Shown one piece after another: positions 10,088 to 35,111 of a DNA stretch of 53,787 nt. The DNA is from Spirogloea muscicola. Its lineage: Eukaryota. Positions within the stretch are counted from its first letter, which is position 1, and each line of letters opens with the position of its first letter. Under the pieces are notes generated by a model, which saw nothing but the letters and a program-made list of their open reading frames with translations, made no database searches and was not told the DNA's origin. The stretch covers positions 1,279,116 to 1,332,902 of the forward strand of contig WELB01000013.1 in assembly GCA_009602725.1 (NCBI GenBank), written 5' to 3'. Made by a program: the position numbers and the translations under genes.

Positions 10088-13000
10088 TCAGACACTGGCT
10101 GTCACTGGACGCACTGACGTAGTTGATTTTGTACTTGTGGCTGCTGCAGGAGTAACTGGGGTAAGGTGTTGAACGAAAAGATGCTGTTCACCTTTGCCAG
10201 CATATTCCTGCAAGCAAGGTCCAGGTACCATCTTCTCCAGGTTCCAACCAGTCGGGCCCGTCAACTCCATGAAGCTGTAACGGAGAACAAAGTTCGCCAG
10301 AAAGACCTAGTGGAATTCAAAACCCAGGCCCGTGCTTAGTTGACTGGAGAATGCAAGTCAGCTTCAAGCCAGCATGTTCCAGCGATGAAGGCAATCGGAT
10401 GTAGAAGATTCGAGACAAGGCGATGGAGGGTACCCGAACAATGAGAGGCACGAAGTCCTTGCCAGGGCACTGCTTATTAGGTATGGTGTCAGCTACACTA
10501 GTAGTCTGATATCCATTGGACCACAGCAGGTTGCTTAGGTTGCTCCTATTGGGCCCCAAGAATCGCCTGTACAGTGCACGGCAGTCACAGCCCCGCCTGC
10601 TTAAGGTCCTAAGTAGCTGCAAGTGAGGTCTTATACAGCGCATGCCCAAACGCTGTGAACGTGTAATAGTCAAAGCGGCCACCTTGCATACCTGGGGTCA
10701 AAGGCATCCGGGTTGGGAAATATCTTCGGGTCCCTTGACACAAACCAGCAGTTGCCACAAATGACCTCATCCTTGTACAGCTGGTAAGACCCAGTGTGAG
10801 AAGTAATGACATGGTCCTCCTTCATCCTCGCATGCTGCCACATGAGAAGCACAGGCTTCAGTACACCTGTGACAATATGCGCTTACCATACCAAGTGGCC
10901 CTTTCTCCGTGATCTGGTGCTTTTTTGGTTGGTGCTTAGTGCACGGACAAGACAGCCAGCAGGATGGCAGATGGAAGCCCGAAGCTGGGAGTGTCAGCAG
11001 GTCAAAATCATACACGCTTGCATACACAACGGTGCATTCACACCTGCTGCCCGTCCATGAAGCAGGGGTTTGAGGCAGGGTGTGTAAAGTACCTGGAGGA
11101 AGACAGGGGGATGAAGCCGGAAGACTTCGTAGACTATGCTCTCCAGCAAAGGCATATTGGCAACAGATTCCAGCGTCACTTTCCCCCCCGTCTTTGCCAC
11201 TGCCGCTTGCGCTTCCTCAGTCAGCTCTTTCATCAGGTCATGTCGAGCTCCACCTGGCCCCACAGTATGCGACGTGCAAGCAGCCAGTCATTGGAGCCTC
11301 TTTCAGTCAAGTAATGGAGGGGGGCAAATCAACCCCTTGTGATGCAGAGAGCACACCCAGTGTTCAGTCCTTGCTACAGCTCACAGGAGCTGATGTTGGT
11401 CATTACACACGAACTGATGCTCCAAGGAGAGTTCGACATGAAGGAATCCAGGTGATGTCTGGGCAAATGCTGATGTGCAAGATGGAAAGGCATTTTTGCA
11501 ACGTGAGTATCTCACCAGACATGACTCCCAGTTGCATGAGCGTGCTGGCCAAGGCGCCTTGAATAGCACCTCTGGAATTGAAGCTGACAAAGAACTGGAG
11601 GTTGACGAGCGCCTCCTCCCTGGGTCCGGATATGAGCAATTGACAACAGGGGAAACTCAGGTTAGTGGTCTCGGTTCAACTCTGGGCCCCTTGAGTCGAC
11701 CAAGCAACAGCTAGCTTGGGTCGAGGGAGGTGGAAAGATACTGTTACCTTGTTAGATTGAATGGCTCCTCCATGCCAAGCTTGACAGCTTCGTCCATGTT
11801 GTCCTCGTAGAATTGTAGCTGCGCACTGCGCAAGATAAGAGTGCTCCGCAATTGTATCAGAGGCACAAGCCCGAGCAATGAGAAGGAAGGAAGGTCTCCC
11901 ACTTTGGCTGGAGGTTGTTGGCATTGGCTCAGTTGCTCAGAACTCACGCGAGTGCATCTTGGGGGCTCGGCTTGACAAGGCCCAGCTTTGCAACGATGGG
12001 CAGAATCAAATTCTTGGTCACAAAGTCCTTGACAGCATTCCCAGGCAGGTTCATGATGGGGATGATCATGGGCCCTGCCCAGCTGCTGATGAAGTCAGAG
12101 CTGACAAGCTCTGGTTTGCCAGGCTGCCAAGCCTGCAGATTGCAGGGGGAAACTGAGTACCTGCAGCTTGACTGTCAGTCCAGATCCAAAGTAGGCGAGC
12201 GGGCTCAACGGAGAGGCTCGATTGGTGGACTGCACCTTCTTGGACTCAAAGCCGATGAGGTGCCAGTTCCACATGAGTTCACCTAGGTCCTTGTAGATCT
12301 CCACCTTGCCGTCCTTGGCAATGGCTTGCTCCCACTTGTCGAAGAAGAATGAGCTGAGCTGTGGTGCCAGAGACAATGGTGGCCTCAGATGCCTTGCATG
12401 TATGAATGTCACATGCTGCACCAAGCACGGGACCAAGGTTTAGAAGGTGAGAGTGAGGTGAAGGAGGCTCACCTGTTCAGCTGCCGGGACGTGCTTGGGA
12501 CCATACACAGCCAGCAGCTTGATGCAGTAGCCCTTGAGCCGTTCATGCTTCTCCTCAGCAGGGTCCACCTCTGCTAGGATCCTGTAGCCGTTGTTGAACG
12601 TCTTCGCGTCCGGCAAGTAGAGGCCGAAGAAGATATCTTTCTTCTCGACCTGGATGCGCCATTCACCTAGGATGCTTGAGACCACAACTTCACAGCAATG
12701 CCCTGTGGCAACGGGTTGCATTGTCTGCACGACGAGAAAGAGGACGTTTCTGGCTGACAACTGGCTCGGCAACAAGAGGTGGCGTACTTTGGAGTTGTCG
12801 TAAAGGATGTCATAAGAAGCACGATCGAGGATGTACACGAGGTTGGATCTCTTCAGGTCTGGCCCAATGTGGGTCTTGAAGACCGTGCTGACCAGGACAT
12901 GATCACCACGACAAACCAGTCAGTAGAGCAGGTGAAAGAAGCAAGAGGTGGCTGCCCGGGGACTGAGGCGTGTGTGTGAGACTGCAGCACCGATAGTCAC

Positions 13001-14205
13001 GGCAGCAAGAGAAGAGGCTGTGACAGCAGCCACACAGGCTTTTCTCATCCGACATACGGGCTGGCCCTGAACCTGTTGTATCTCTCCATACGAGAGGTTG
13101 CGAACTTGTGCCACCCCTGGAGGTAGAAGTAGTCCAGCCAGTCCCGAAGGGCCCCCGGGTTGTCCCAGCTACCAGGAACCTCCTGCACGCCAGCCGCAGA
13201 TGCCCTGGCTGCCGAAGCAGATGGTGGCTGTGGCCCCCTCTCCTTATCATCCTGTTGCCGGTGTGCAGACGCACAGCACACCTCATGAGTACGTGGCTGA
13301 TGGTTTGGCAGAGAGTAGGGCCTTCTATCTGGGGGTCTAGGGGCTGGAGGTTGGGATTGGCTGAGCTTGAAGTGATTGTGAGCTGACAGGGTCGACTCAT
13401 GTTCTCAACATTGCAGCCCTGGGGAGGGGGGTTGGGTGGTGGCAGGGGGGTCAATGCTCTCAGTAGTATGAAGCAGCAATTCTCGTCGGACGACTTGCAC
13501 ATGGCACGTTGCAATGGTGCTGTACCAGGCATCCACATTGGGGGCTCGGACCAAGCAGCTCACCTGGAAGAACGGGTGCGGAAAGGGACACTTGGAGGCA
13601 GCGGCTTCCTGGGCAGCCGGCTTCGGGTCGCCGCGAGGCCCTGGCTGCGACACGTGCCCAGCCATGCGGCATGCAGTGGCCACGGAGGCTCGAGCTATCA
13701 GGGGGCGAGAGGCAGGAAGAAGCACACAAGTGCAGGGCCAGCATGTGGGCAAGCCATGACTTGCAATAGCCAATGTCGGGAGCTGCTCGAAAGGCGGCTC
13801 CACCAGCAGCAGCATGGGCAGAAGAGGGCCAAGCAGGTAAGAGCGAGCTGGTACAAGGAGTCGGGAGTGGCGGACCTGGGAGGCGGCCCCTCGCACGAGC
13901 AGGCGGTACGCGGGAGGTCGGGGTCGGGCCAGAGCCGGGCTGGCGAAGCCGGGGCGGCGCGGCGCGGGGTGCGGGTGCAGCCCAGTGCGGCGCAATGCAG
14001 GTCAGAAGGGCGCGGCCTAGGGGCTCGAGGTGCACAGAGGGCGGCGGAGGACAGCTGCGGGGGGGCGGCCAGGCCCGCCGGCGCTGAGAGGGCGGGGTGG
14101 GGAGGCGCAGTGGGAGAGGCGGAGCGCTCACCGGGCGGCATGGCCGGCGATGGGCAGCGCGGCGGCGGCGGCAAGGGGTGGCGGCGGGGCGGGCAGCGAG
14201 GCCAT
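10088..14205 (-). CDS. CYP74: CYP74-clan cytochrome P450 (allene oxide synthase / epoxyalcohol synthase / hydroperoxide lyase type), multi-exon
   Basis: Motifs seen: EVPGSW..LRDWLDYFYLQG...RMERYNSTVFK, VEKKDIFFGLYLP..GYRILAEVDPAEEKH, I-helix EEALVNLQFFVSFNSRGA, ExxR YEVFRLHPPV, and the CYP74-specific extended heme loop WSNGYQTTSVADTIPNKQCPGKDFV. The Ala/Pro-rich N-terminus is transit-peptide-like. Confidence 0.93.
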
Positions 14206-14548
14206 GGCGGGGCGGCGGNNNNNNNNNNNNNNNNNNNNNNNNNNNNNNNNNNNNNNNNNNNNNNNNNNNNNNNNNNNNNNNNNNNNNNNNNNNNNNNNNN
14301 NNNNNNNNNNNNNNNNNNNNNNNNNNNNNNNNNNNNNNNNNNNNNNNNNNNNNNNNNNNNNNNNNNNNNNNNNNNNNNNNNNNNNNNNNNNNNNNNNNNN
14401 NNNNNNNNNNNNNNNNNNNNNNNNNNNNNNNNNNNNNNNNNNNNNNNNNNNNNNNNNNNNNNNNNNNNNNNNNNNNNNNNNNNNNNNNNNNNNNNNNNNN
14501 NNNNNNNNNNNNNNNNNNNNNNNNNNNNNNNNNNNNNNNNNNNNNNNN

Positions 14549-20652
<6,104 letters not shown>

Positions 20653-21429
20653 TCTGCAATAAGCTGACGCCTCCATCAGAGGGAGGGCTAAATAGGATTG
20701 ACTACAGACATGTACATATGCACCTCATGGGGGTGGTGTTGGCATTCCAAGTTGGTGTTGACCATGTATGGCAGTGCTCTTGCTATGTAGTTTTTCAGCA
20801 GCTGCACAAGTCTCCCACCACGCCATGTTGTGTTGCAAAGTCCACCAATATCGAGCATGTCGTGGGGAGACACTGAAGGCTTTATTAGCCATTTGGGTTT
20901 TGTTGTTACTACGGGGGCTGTGTTTAATCTCCTCTCTGTGCAGTCCCCTCTCGCTGCGTTTGGGACTCAAAAGCCAACCTCACATTCTATGTCGACAAGT
21001 GTTATGCCCTAAGAGCTAGCAAGAAACATAACATGAAAATGCAGATGCAGAGATCTAGAGAGTGGAATGGGAATCCAGCAAGGAAGCTGAGGCCAGCCAG
21101 CAACATGTGGACATTGGCAGCAGAAGATGACTCTCTTGGAGGTTCTGCAGCTATACTGGCGTGCAGATTGTTGCAAGTCAATCGAGCACGAGTGCTGCAA
21201 AGGCTGGGAGAACCACTCAGCAAAGAGGCTACCCAAAAGTGGAGCAAAGGGAGCCAAGTAAACAAAGACATACATCCATAACTGGTTGGAATCCACGGTC
21301 GTGATCCCAGCTCATTACACCAACAGGCTTGCTGCATTTCACTGCCCTCGCTGCCTACTTCCTATTCCTCTTTCTTTGACCCTCTTTCTGTCATTCCATT
21401 GTGCTGGCTTCTCTCATGCACCGTCCCCT

Positions 21430-21775
21430 TTATCCGCTTTCCGTCATGTCAGGACTGCCGTTCTCTATCTTTGGGCTGGCCTTTTGCAGGCCTCGCCCCC
21501 TTTGTTCCCTTAGAAGTGCTGTTTCTTTGCAAGAGCTACTTCCCCTGCAGAACTTCGTCTTTTTCTTCTTCGTTCGTCTGTGGGGCTTCTCTTCACAGCC
21601 CTCGGCCCCTTTGCAAGAGCTTCTGTTCCTCCTCCAAAGAGGAAGTCTCTTCTCACCCACCCATTCATCGCAGCCACTTGCATGGGTATGTGCTCTGACG
21701 CTTTCCGGCCCCTCCGGGCCCTATCCAAATTTGTCTTTGGGCTGGCCTTTCACAGCCATCGCCTCCATCTAAAAA
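21430..21775 (+). repeat. Diverged copies of the retroelement 3' motif
   Basis: For example tttgggctggcctttcacagccatcgcc at about 21736-21765, with a related copy at about 21470-21500. Confidence 0.5.
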
Positions 21776-23064
21776 GCAAGCTTTCACTCATTTGCAACAA
21801 CCACGATTCTAGATTCAAACAGACGGGTAGGCAGGAGCCTTGTTCTGGGTCCCATGGTAGCTACGGCTGGCTGCTGAGGTGGACAAACAGCTGTCGAGGT
21901 TGCTTGCTGGGCCTACAGGGACCCTAAAATTTCCTTGTCCAGTGCCAGCTGCAGGCAGTGGTCCTCATGCGCTCCAGCTCGGGTATAGCTGGGCGATTTG
22001 CACATCAGTGATCCAGTGGAAAGGAGGCTAGCGTGACCACGGCACTATGCAGGGAGTGGAGCCTGAGCAGAGGGGTGTTGTGTCATTGATGTACAATGGG
22101 CTGTAAGCGGATGTTGGCAGGGTCAGTCAAGTATTCTGAGTGTAATGAAGAGTGGACAGGCCCCTCGCTGCCAGCTCGTTCATAGTCACATATTGGGAGC
22201 ACCGCGGAAGCAGCAAGGTCAGCAGTGTGTGCCAGGATACGGCCTGGTAAGTAATGGCCAGCACGTCCTCACTGTTAACAATTATATGTTGGTCAATGTC
22301 AAGCTTGAGGTCGAAGACAGCAATTGTGGAAGTGTGGTGGGTGGGCGAGGCAGGGAGAGTGGTAGGCCGGCTCTGCAAAGCCAACAACCGGGAAAACCAA
22401 ATGCACCAGTGCGCGGCAATGCAGCCACCGGGCTGATGCCGGAGTGCTTCCTGGCCGCTGAGGGCCAGCTCTGCCTCTGCTGCCTGCGAGCCGCGCCGCA
22501 TGCGCTGCGACCTGAGCTGTAGAGCACACCCAAGTAGGTCAGGTGGGCGCAGCACTAAGGCCGAGGACAAGGACCCCGGGACAATCAGAAGAGAACGGGC
22601 AGCCAAAGGTTGAGGACGCATGGCGCGGCTGTATTCGCTTGGCATAGTTCACGCAGATCCTGCCAAGAACAGTCCCTCCTTCAACAAGCTGGCAGGCAAG
22701 TAATCTGAGCTTCCTAAGGTTGGTAATAGAAGCAATTGCAGTAGCCAAGCCCAGCCCTTTCTTTGACGCTTCCTGTAGGTATCCGAATATCTAAGAGGTA
22801 CATCCCAATGTTTACATGACGTATAAGGCATCGCATATATCTAGAAGAAAAAATGTGGCAATGGCCAAATGAATGACTTATGCACAACAGTACACTAAAC
22901 GAGGAGACCTTGCTATCAAACTCCCTCAACTGGCGCAACCCCATTAGTTGCTAGCAAGCAAAGGGCTTCTCCCAAGCTTGTGGTCCTGCATAAGCAAGTC
23001 ATCCTCATCCTCTACCATATTTGCCTCCACAGTCTGGTTGTACCGCTGCTGAATGCTGCAGCAG

Positions 23065-23172
23065 CATGACATCAAGTATTGATCAGACACTTGCAAGATG
23101 ATAATTATCAGCCGCATGACGATCAAGTGCTGATCAGACACTTGCAACTTGGATATTTATCAGCAGATGACG
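23065..23172. repeat. Short tandem repeat, about 52-bp unit, about 2 copies
   Basis: atcaagt-(at/gc)-tgatcagacacttgcaa...tatcagc occurs twice. Confidence 0.6.
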
Positions 23173-23258
23173 CAAATTACAAGCACATGAGGGACAAGTT
23201 ACAGCACTAAATTCCAGCCACGTTCTTACTGATATGATTGATGCTCAGGTCACTCCGC

Positions 23259-30731
<7,473 letters not shown>

Positions 30732-31505
30732 NNNNNNNNNNNNNNNNNNNNNNNNNNNNNNNNNNNNNNNNNNNNNNNNNNNNNNNNNNNNNNNNNNNNN
30801 NNNNNNNNNNNNNNNNNNNNNNNNNNNNNNNNNNNNNNNNNNNNNNNNNNNNNNNNNNNNNNNNNNNNNNNNNNNNNNNNNNNNNNNNNNNNNNNNNNNN
30901 NNNNNNNNNNNNNNNNNNNNNNNNNNNNNNNNNNNNNNNNNNNNNNNNNNNNNNNNNNNNNNNNNNNNNNNNNNNNNNNNNNNNNNNNNNNNNNNNNNNN
31001 NNNNNNNNNNNNNNNNNNNNNNNNNNNNNNNNNNNNNNNNNNNNNNNNNNNNNNNNNNNNNNNNNNNNNNNNNNNNNNNNNNNNNNNNNNNNNNNNNNNN
31101 NNNNNNNNNNNNNNNNNNNNNNNNNNNNNNNNNNNNNNNNNNNNNNNNNNNNNNNNNNNNNNNNNNNNNNNNNNNNNNNNNNNNNNNNNNNNNNNNNNNN
31201 NNNNNNNNNNNNNNNNNNNNNNNNNNNNNNNNNNNNNNNNNNNNNNNNNNNNNNNNNNNNNNNNNNNNNNNNNNNNNNNNNNNNNNNNNNNNNNNNNNNN
31301 NNNNNNNNNNNNNNNNNNNNNNNNNNNNNNNNNNNNNNNNNNNNNNNNNNNNNNNNNNNNNNNNNNNNNNNNNNNNNNNNNNNNNNNNNNNNNNNNNNNN
31401 NNNNNNNNNNNNNNNNNNNNNNNNNNNNNNNNNNNNNNNNNNNNNNNNNNNNNNNNNNNNNNNNNNNNNNNNNNNNNNNNNNNNNNNNNNNNNNNNNNNN
31501 NNNNN

Positions 31506-33144
31506 GAGCCCACGAGCCAGCGGCGTTGAAGTCAGCCGGCTCACCGCGCCTGCGGGACACAGCGCGCCGTGCAAGCCTGGCCAACAGGTCGAGCCAGTGG
31601 GATCCGAGAGCCCCATGCACGTCCACAGCCAGGGGGACGAACTCGTCGGCAGCCGGGTGGTCGGCGTGTTTGGCCGCCTTGCTGCGAGCGGCCTTTGCCG
31701 CAGCGTGGCCAGCCCGCGAGGCAGAAAGCCCCGGGTTGGAGCGTTCGACCACATCAGCGGTGAGGCCCATTGAGGATAGGGGGTGGAAAAGCCAGCCCAA
31801 AAAGGATGAACAAAGTACGAGAAGGGGGCCAGGGAAGCGCTTAGAAAAACAAGCAGAATAAGAGACAAAGCAGCGACGAAGCACTCAGTAACCCCTGCTA
31901 AGCAGCCTCAGGTCAGAGAAGCTGGGCTCCTGGAAGCGGGGTCCCCTGGCCAGAGCCAGAAGAGGCTCGCCCATAGAAAAGAGCTGCTAGCAAAGCCAGC
32001 CCAGAAAAGATTGGACAATGTCCGCAGGCCTCAAAGGCCACAAAATAGTGCCCGGAAAGACAAAACTACACACCAAGTCACGAAATGCTGCAGATGGATG
32101 CTCAGTAACCACCAGTGAGCAACAGCAAATCAGAATAACTCGAAGCAGCAAAAGCGGCACTCTGCCGAGACCCTGAGGCAGCACATAGGCCAGCGCGCGT
32201 GTGGACCGCATGAGCCTGAGAGCGCTGGAGCAGACCGCTAGTCGCATTCGAAAGACCTGAGCGAGGGAGCCGGCAGCACTGAAGCCTGGCGAACCTGGCC
32301 GCCGCTCGATGGCCCGCCGGGCAAGCCGCTGGAGGAGATCGAAGGAAGTGCTCGCCCATAGAGAAGAGGGGCTGGCAAAGCCTGCCCAATAAAGAATGGA
32401 CAATGTCCAAAGCCAAAGAAAGAGGAGCGGGAAAAAAGAGAGAAAGGCGCGCGGGGCGCATGAAATGAAAAGGGAGGCCAATTCAAGCCAATACACAGTT
32501 CAAGCAGAGGCGAGTGAAAAAGGACTACACTACAAAACACTGCGAAACACATAGACGATGCAGAGGGAAGTTCAGTATCCACGAGTGAGCAACATCAGGT
32601 CTGAGTAGCTCGCTGCAGGGAAAGAGGCACTCCGCCGAGACGCAGAGGCGGCGGCCATAGCACGGCCTGCTCGTGTGTGGGGGGCGTGGGCAAGGGAGCG
32701 TTGAAGCGATACGGCCAGGCGCATGCGGAAGACTTGGGCGAGCGAAACGGCGGCGTCGAAGCCGGGCATCGCCCCTGGCAGACCCGGCCGCCGGTCAATG
32801 GCCGGGCAAGCCATGCGATCCAGCCAGCGGCTGCCGGAAGCCCCGTGTACATCCATCGCCAGGGCCGCGAATTCATCCCCAACCGGGTGATCAGCACATT
32901 TTCGCTCCTTGCCCCGGGCCGCCTGGCCGACCGCGTGCCCTGCAAACGACGCCGATCTGGTGGGATTGGCCGAGTCGATGCAGTCAGTTGTCACAACATC
33001 AGCGATGATGCGGGGACCGCCGCCGGGCGGGATGGCGACCAGGTCGGCGCGTCGTGCATGGGGCTGGCCGTCCGCGCCCAGCTGGATGGGCATTATGGAG
33101 GAGTTCTCCACCGCGACCGTAAATTCGGCATCTTCCAGGAGGCC
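31506..33144 (-). mobile_element. Stack of 5'-truncated CRE-like retrotransposon copies from several subfamilies
   Basis: RLE-type C-terminus RRADLVAIPPGGGPRIIADVVTTD...AGHAVGQAARGKERKCADHP..DEFAALAMDVHG...RMRLAVSLQRSLAHA...DLMLLTRGY*, plus several shorter copies. Confidence 0.85.
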
Positions 33145-34216
33145 GGATACACAGTTGCGATGGAGAATACGTCTGTCATGCCAATCCTCCAGAGGGCCGA
33201 CGGACTCCACACGCGCCGCGTCGACCTGGTGGCGTCCACGCCGGGCGGCGGCGGGCGCATCATCGCTGATGTGGTCACCACTGATGTGGTCGACCGCTCC
33301 AACCCGGGGCTTTCTGCCTCGCGGGCTGGCCACGCTGCGGCGAAGGCCGCTCGCAGCAAGGCGGCCAAACACGCCGACCACCCGGCTGCCGATGAGTTCG
33401 TCCCCCTGGCTGTGGACGTGCACGGGGCTCCCGGGTCCCACTGGCTCGATCTGCTGGCCAGGCTTGCGCGGCGCGCTGTGTCCCGCAGGCGCGGTGAGCC
33501 GGCTGACTTCAACGCCGCTGGCTCGTGGGCTCAGGTATATCGTATGCGATTGTCCGTCTCCCTTCAGCGGTCCATGGCCCACGCCTTGCATCTGCGTGCT
33601 GGCCGTGCTCTCGCTGCGGCCTCCGGCTTTCGTCAGGGGGATAGTTTTCGTCTCCTCTCCTCTCTGATAGTTTCCCAGCAGCTAGTCTGTCGGATTTGAG
33701 GCTCCTCACTCGTAACTACTGAGTGGTCCATCATCCCTCGTTCTGCCATAGCCTCTTCAGGCGCGCTGTGTCCCGCAGGCGCGGTGAGCCGGCTGACTTC
33801 AACGCCGCTGGCTCGTGGGCTCAGGTATATCATATGCGCTTGTCCGTCTCCCTCCAGCGGTCCATGGCCCACGCCTTGCATCTGCGTGCTGGCCGTGCTC
33901 TCGCTGCGGCCTCCGGCTTTTATCAGGGGGATAGTTTTCTGGCAGCTAGTCTGTCGGATGTGAGGCTCCTCACTCGTAACTACTGAGTGGTCCATCCTCC
34001 CCCGTTCTGCCGTGGCCCGCAGTCGCTGCTTAGCTCGTAGTTTGGCCCCTTCGAACCTTGTCAATTCTTTTCGGGCTGGCTTCTCACAGCCCTTGCCCCC
34101 ATTGGGAGAGCCACTTCTTCTTCTTCAGGCCCCATAGTCGCTGCTTAGCTCGTAGTTCGGCCCCTTCGAACCTTGTCAATTCTTTTCGGGCTGGCTTCTC
34201 ACAGCCCTTGCTCCCA
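33127..34216 (+). mobile_element. 5'-truncated CRE-like copy with an internal tandem duplication and a duplicated 3' end
   Basis: Encodes RRVDLVASTPGGGGRIIADVVTTD...KAAKHADHPAADEFVPLAVDVHG...RMRLSVSLQRSMAHA. About 33470-33760 is repeated at about 33760-34010, and the 3' motif ends in gccacttcttcttcttc. Confidence 0.85.
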
Positions 34217-34860
34217 TGGCAAGACTAATTTCCCTCGCCACACCTGGAGCCACAGACTGGATCACCTCACACGCCGTGGCCAGCGCCTTCAGCATCAGCT
34301 CTGAGGCCTTTCGGACGTTGCTTCAACTCTTCCTCGGCCTCCCACCTAACTGCCTTATTGGGGTGCGCCAGTGTGAGTGCGGCTTCCGTGCAGAGAGTGC
34401 TGAGCTCGCCACTCACATGCTGCGCTGCCCAACTGGACCAGAAGTAGTGGGCATCCACAACCTCCTCCGTGATGCTCTGGCGGGTTTGATGCGCGACGCT
34501 GGGTACCGTGCGGTCGTGGAAGTGAACAACATCATGCCTATCACCACGGATGCCCAGGGACGTCATCATCGCCGCACACTTGACATTGTGGGCGTGCAAC
34601 CTGGTGGAGGACCAAGGGCTTTGGTCGATATCGTGGTTACGGAGGCCTATAAAGGTCCAGCATCGACACACATCGCTGGCCACGCAGTGGGCAGTGCTGA
34701 ACAAAGAAAGTTGCAGCACTACTCCGATTACCCCCGATGTGATCAGCTCTTGCCAGCGGCAATCGACATCTTTGGCTGCTTAGGTCCTCGTTTCCTTACT
34801 CTCCTTCAAACCATAGCCAATCTAGGCTACACGCGACATGCAGATGTGTTCCCGTCGACA
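34216..34860 (+). mobile_element. Fragment of a more divergent CRE-clade element: CCHC zinc knuckle plus restriction-like endonuclease
   Basis: ARLISLATPGATDWI...FRTLLQLFLGLP...CECG...HMLRC..G...IHNLLRD...LDIV...VDIVVT...AEQRKLQHY...LPAAIDIFGCLG, the typical C-terminal region of RLE non-LTR elements. Confidence 0.85.
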
Positions 34861-35111
34861 AGTCGAAGTCGAAAAAGACTTCGACTTGTCGAAGAAGGGC
34901 TCGCCCATTGAGGATAGGGGCTGCGAAAGGCCAGCCCGAAAAAGATTGAAGTGGCTCGCCCAATGGGGGCAAGGGCTGTGCAAAAGCCAAGCCCGACAAG
35001 AGTTGACAAAACTGGCTTCCGTGGCGTGCCATTGCCTCACATCGACCGCAAGACGAAGCCCCCGGCCCCGTCGGCCGCCACTCCGCCGCCTCCCCCGCGG
35101 CCCCCGCCGCC

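Noticed and set aside
34216..34911. 231-aa ORF as a stand-alone domesticated nuclease gene
   Set aside because: Its ATG and stop are both supplied by flanking element 3' motifs, so it is a truncated fragment.
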